Shown in pieces: positions 61,001-64,000 of a stretch of DNA of 64,000 nucleotides. This stretch comes from Selaginella moellendorffii. Taxonomy: Eukaryota > Plantae > Lycopodiophyta. The notes below the pieces were generated by a model that saw only the letters and a list, made by a program, of their open reading frames with translations, did no database searches and was not told the origin of the DNA. Made by a program: the position numbers and the translations under genes. Location of the stretch: assembly GCF_000143415.4 (NCBI RefSeq), contig NW_003314358.1:605109-669108 (forward strand), given 5' to 3'. The first letter of the stretch is position 1. The number at the start of each line of letters is the position of its first letter.

Positions 61001-61920
61001 GAAAGTGAAGTTCTTGTGTTGATCGTTGTAGATGATCAAGCTTCTCACTGCTTCTTTAGGCGGGTCAGCGTATCTCACCTTCATGGGTAACGAGTTTGGC
61101 CATACAGAGGTACTTTTCATCGTTCCTTGGTGGTCTTTAAGAAAAAGTTTTGACACAGCGCGTGGAGTTCCCGAGAGTGACTAATAACTTCTCTTACGAG
61201 TTTGCTCGTCGGAGATGGTCCTTGCTGGATGACAAATGGCACGCAAAGCTTGCAGAGTTTGACAATGTAAGTAGAGACACTCTTGAGACTCTTGTCTTAT
61301 AAGCGATTGATGCAGGCGCTTATGGCAATCGAGCAGAAGTATTTGTTTCTCAGCAGCAATGCACCAGTGACGAACTTGCAAGTCGATGATTTGTCGAAGG
61401 TATCCTCTCGCTTGTTTGATTGTCTGTCCAAACTGAAGCTCCGGTATTTCGTTTAGACCATTGTTTTCACTCAAGATAACTTAATCTTTGCCTACAACTT
61501 CCATCCTCGCAAGTCAGCCGATGAGTATGAGATCCTTGTCGATGAGCCTGGCCGATATGAGGTCTGTCTAAGTTCTGTTTTATCTCATTTTTCTGGTTGG
61601 TAATTTTGCTCTGTAGTTGCTCTTGGATACCGATGATGTTAAATATGGTGGGATGGGTCGGCTTAAAACTAAACAGAAGAGGTTAATAATCCTTTTTGTG
61701 TGTGTGTGTGTTTGTTTTTGAATTTTCTTTTGTGTGTGTGTGTGTTTGTTTTTGAATTTTGGTTTCTCAGGATTAACGTCTTTAGCATGAAGTTGTCCCT
61801 CACGCTACCACAATTGAGTGCACAGGTATGTCGACTGGAAGCTTACGTCTGTCTCATGCATGAATGCTATAGGTTTATAGACTTGCAAAAATCTGGGATG
61901 CTGCAGTCAGTGTGATGTAA
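58023..61920 (+). CDS. SBE3: 1,4-alpha-glucan branching enzyme, class III (SBE3 / Arabidopsis BE1-like), multi-exon
   Basis: [45 protein letters not shown] and FMGNEFGH; long class III-type insertion; stop TAA at 61918-61920. Confidence 0.92.
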
Positions 61921-62005
61921 AAAAGCTGGCATCTATACATATAAAGCGATAGTGGGGAGGCTCGCCGGCCGTTGGATCCCAGGCCCGGGCCAGGGTCGGT
62001 GGCCA

Positions 62006-62856
62006 TGGTTGCGCGAGAAATTTTTCTGATGTTTGCTCCCGGCCAATGGGAGGCGGCCAAGCCGCGTGGGGCGGGAGAAGAAGGCACAGCGACACGTGTG
62101 CCAGTGGTGTCCTGCCCCCGTGCCCGTTCTTCTGAATGCCTCGACTGGCTCGACACGCAGGAGCCAGACTCAGTCCTCTATGTCGCATTCGGCAGCATAG
62201 CGAAGCTTTCGCAGGAGGAATTCGAGGAGCTCGCGCTCGGTTTGGAGGCGAGCAAGGTGCCGTTCTTGCTCACAGTCAGGCCGCCCCAGTTCGTGGACGA
62301 GGGCGACACGACAGTCCTGGTGAAGAACAGTGACTTCTACAAGAACTTCGTCGAGCGGACCAAGGGACGAGGCCTGGTGGTTTCATGGGCGCCGCAGAGA
62401 GAAGTTCTGGCGCACAGGGCACTGGCTGGATTCGTGAGCCACTGCGGATGGAACTCGGTCCTGGAGAGCGTCTCCAGCGGCGTGCCGATCATCTGCTGGC
62501 CTCGGATATACGAGCAGGGGCTCAACCGCAAGATCATGGCGGAGAGGTGCCGCATCGGGGTGGAAGTTTCGGATGGGAGGAGCTCCGACGCGTTTGTGAA
62601 GCGGGAGGAGATTGCTGAGGCCATTGCGAGGATCTTTAGCGACAAAGCTCGAAAGGCGAGAGCGAGGGAATTCAGGGACGCGGCGAAAAAGGCAGCGGCG
62701 TCGGGTGGTGGCTCTCGGAATAACCTGATGCTGTTCACAGACTTGCTGATGTTTGCTCCCGGCCAATGGGAGGCAGCCAAGCCGCGTGGGGCGGGAGAAG
62801 AAGGCACAGCGACACGTGTGCCAGTGGTGTCCTGCCCCCGTGCCCGTTCTTCTTAG
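62006..62856 (+). CDS. Chimeric ORF: captured C-terminal half of a UDP-glycosyltransferase between Helitron-derived direct repeats
   Basis: CLDWLD...VLYVAFGS and PSPG box WAPQREVLAH...HCGWNSVLE...EQ; the N-terminal acceptor domain is absent; the frame is open through both repeats. Confidence 0.7.
62026..62853 (+). repeat. 108-bp direct repeats (62026-62133 and 62746-62853) flanking the UGT fragment
   Basis: The two copies are 720 bp apart with one mismatch seen. Confidence 0.95.
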
Positions 62857-63432
62857 CTCGCCCTGGATGCCCTGCCGCAATTGACCTAACGCTTGCTTGC
62901 TGGATCAGTGGCAATCGCAGCAATTGCGCTTCTTCCCGCAAAGGTCTGTGTTCACCGTCGGCTGGGCAGCCGCTAATTTGGCCCCCAACCCCAACAATCT
63001 GGATTTTTGTGTGCTGTGAAAATTTAAAACGTCTTCATTTGGGTTTGTGGATGCTATCCAGTGGCAGAGCTGAAGCCAGCGCCAGCCTTCACAGCCAGAA
63101 CCATCAGATGTGAGAGAGAACAAGCCCAAGGTGAGTTCTCTAACTTGCAAACCCCACCCACCTCTCACAGTTGCTCACCACACCCTGGAAAAGGTGTGCC
63201 AGTCCTGTGTCTAGGTTTTATTGGTTGCTAGATTAGTCTCTTTTGTTTACAGATTAAGGTGTGTACGGATTGTGCTCTCATTGTATAGTCTTCGTTTTTA
63301 TTTTTTTTAAATTTTTTTTCCAGTGTAAGAAGAAGGCGAGTTCTGGCTTTTACTTAGAATCTCTGAAAATTTTAAGATAAGTGCTTTGACACTAGATAGG
63401 TTGTTTCATCTCATTTATCATCCCTAGCAAAT

Positions 63433-64000
63433 ATGCCTCGGCTTCGCGAAGTATTAAGAGGCATACGTCACCATTTGCCTCCAACTATTGACACTAGCAC
63501 ATATAATCATATTCACAACAACCTTGCATATGGTAATGAAGAAACTAATCTAGACCTTGAACATGCTAATGCAAAAATTACTTCAAATCTTGACAATGCT
63601 AATACAAACATAGCATATGCTGATGAAGGCCATACAAATATAAACCTTGAAAATGCTAATGAAACTAATACAAATACATGTAATCATCACAGTTATACTA
63701 TCTATAAATTAGCACATCAAAAGAATTATAATGACCATACAATACAACTGTTTAATATTGGAAATATGTCATCCATGTGTGTCTTTTGTGGTGCATTACA
63801 TTTTGAAAATGAGTCAAGATCAATGTGCTGCCAGAATGGAAAGGTTTCCCTTCCCCAGCTTTCATCTTTACCTACTATATTGCGTATGCTTTTTAATGAA
63901 AATAGAAACTCCAATTTTAAAATTAACATAAGAAATTTCAACAGTGCTTTGGCTTTTGCATCAATGGGTGCTAATATTGATAATTTAAGTGGTAAAGGCC
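63433..64000 (+). CDS. Helitron RepHel protein, N-terminal part (open to the window end)
   Basis: Manual translation without stops: IGNMSSMCVFCGALHFENE...CCQNGKVSLP...NIRNFNSALAFASMG, typical of Helitron Rep N-termini. It is absent from the ORF track because no stop occurs in the window. Confidence 0.85.
   Translation, partial: MPRLREVLRGIRHHLPPTIDTSTYNHIHNNLAYGNEETNLDLEHANAKITSNLDNANTNIAYADEGHTNINLENANETNTNTCNHHSYTIYKLAHQKNYNDHTIQLFNIGNMSSMCVFCGALHFENESRSMCCQNGKVSLPQLSSLPTILRMLFNENRNSNFKINIRNFNSALAFASMGANIDNLSGKG

Larger units (their letters stand above)
61932..64000 (+). mobile_element. Helitron (5' part; extends beyond the window; possibly autonomous)
   Basis: 5' end A|TCTATACATATAAAG at 61932; 40 nt identical to the Helitron at 27725 (62026-62065 = 27849-27888); RepHel-type ORF from 63433. 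Confidence 0.82.

Overview
Compact eukaryotic plant genomic DNA. Introns are mostly 50-70 nt and PLS/SS-type PPR genes are abundant, which fits a lycophyte such as Selaginella (inferred from style, not proven). Host genes: a small secreted peptide gene, a glycine-rich protein with a decayed paralogue, an EDR1/CTR1-type Raf kinase, a tail-anchored unknown protein, three intact PPR genes plus fragments, Deg7 protease with an inverted pseudogene copy, a WVD2/TPX2-domain protein, a C48 SUMO protease, a DCL/DUF3223 protein, a class III peroxidase, two unknown proteins and class III starch-branching enzyme. Mobile DNA: a complete 2.9-kb non-autonomous Helitron carrying three captured gene fragments, a second Helitron (RepHel ORF open to the window end) carrying a UGT half-gene, three decayed copies of one Ty3/gypsy family, and a LINE relic. 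The most notable items were assembled by hand across introns and are not visible as single ORFs: (1) a spliced 2xLysM + i-type (destabilase-like) lysozyme gene; (2) two paralogous secreted precursors with a phytosulfokine-like DYIYD motif and a shared GC-AG intron, one of which also has a CLE-like tail; (3) an IDA/CLE-like 12-mer peptide precursor next to a shepherin-like multi-unit glycine-rich precursor.
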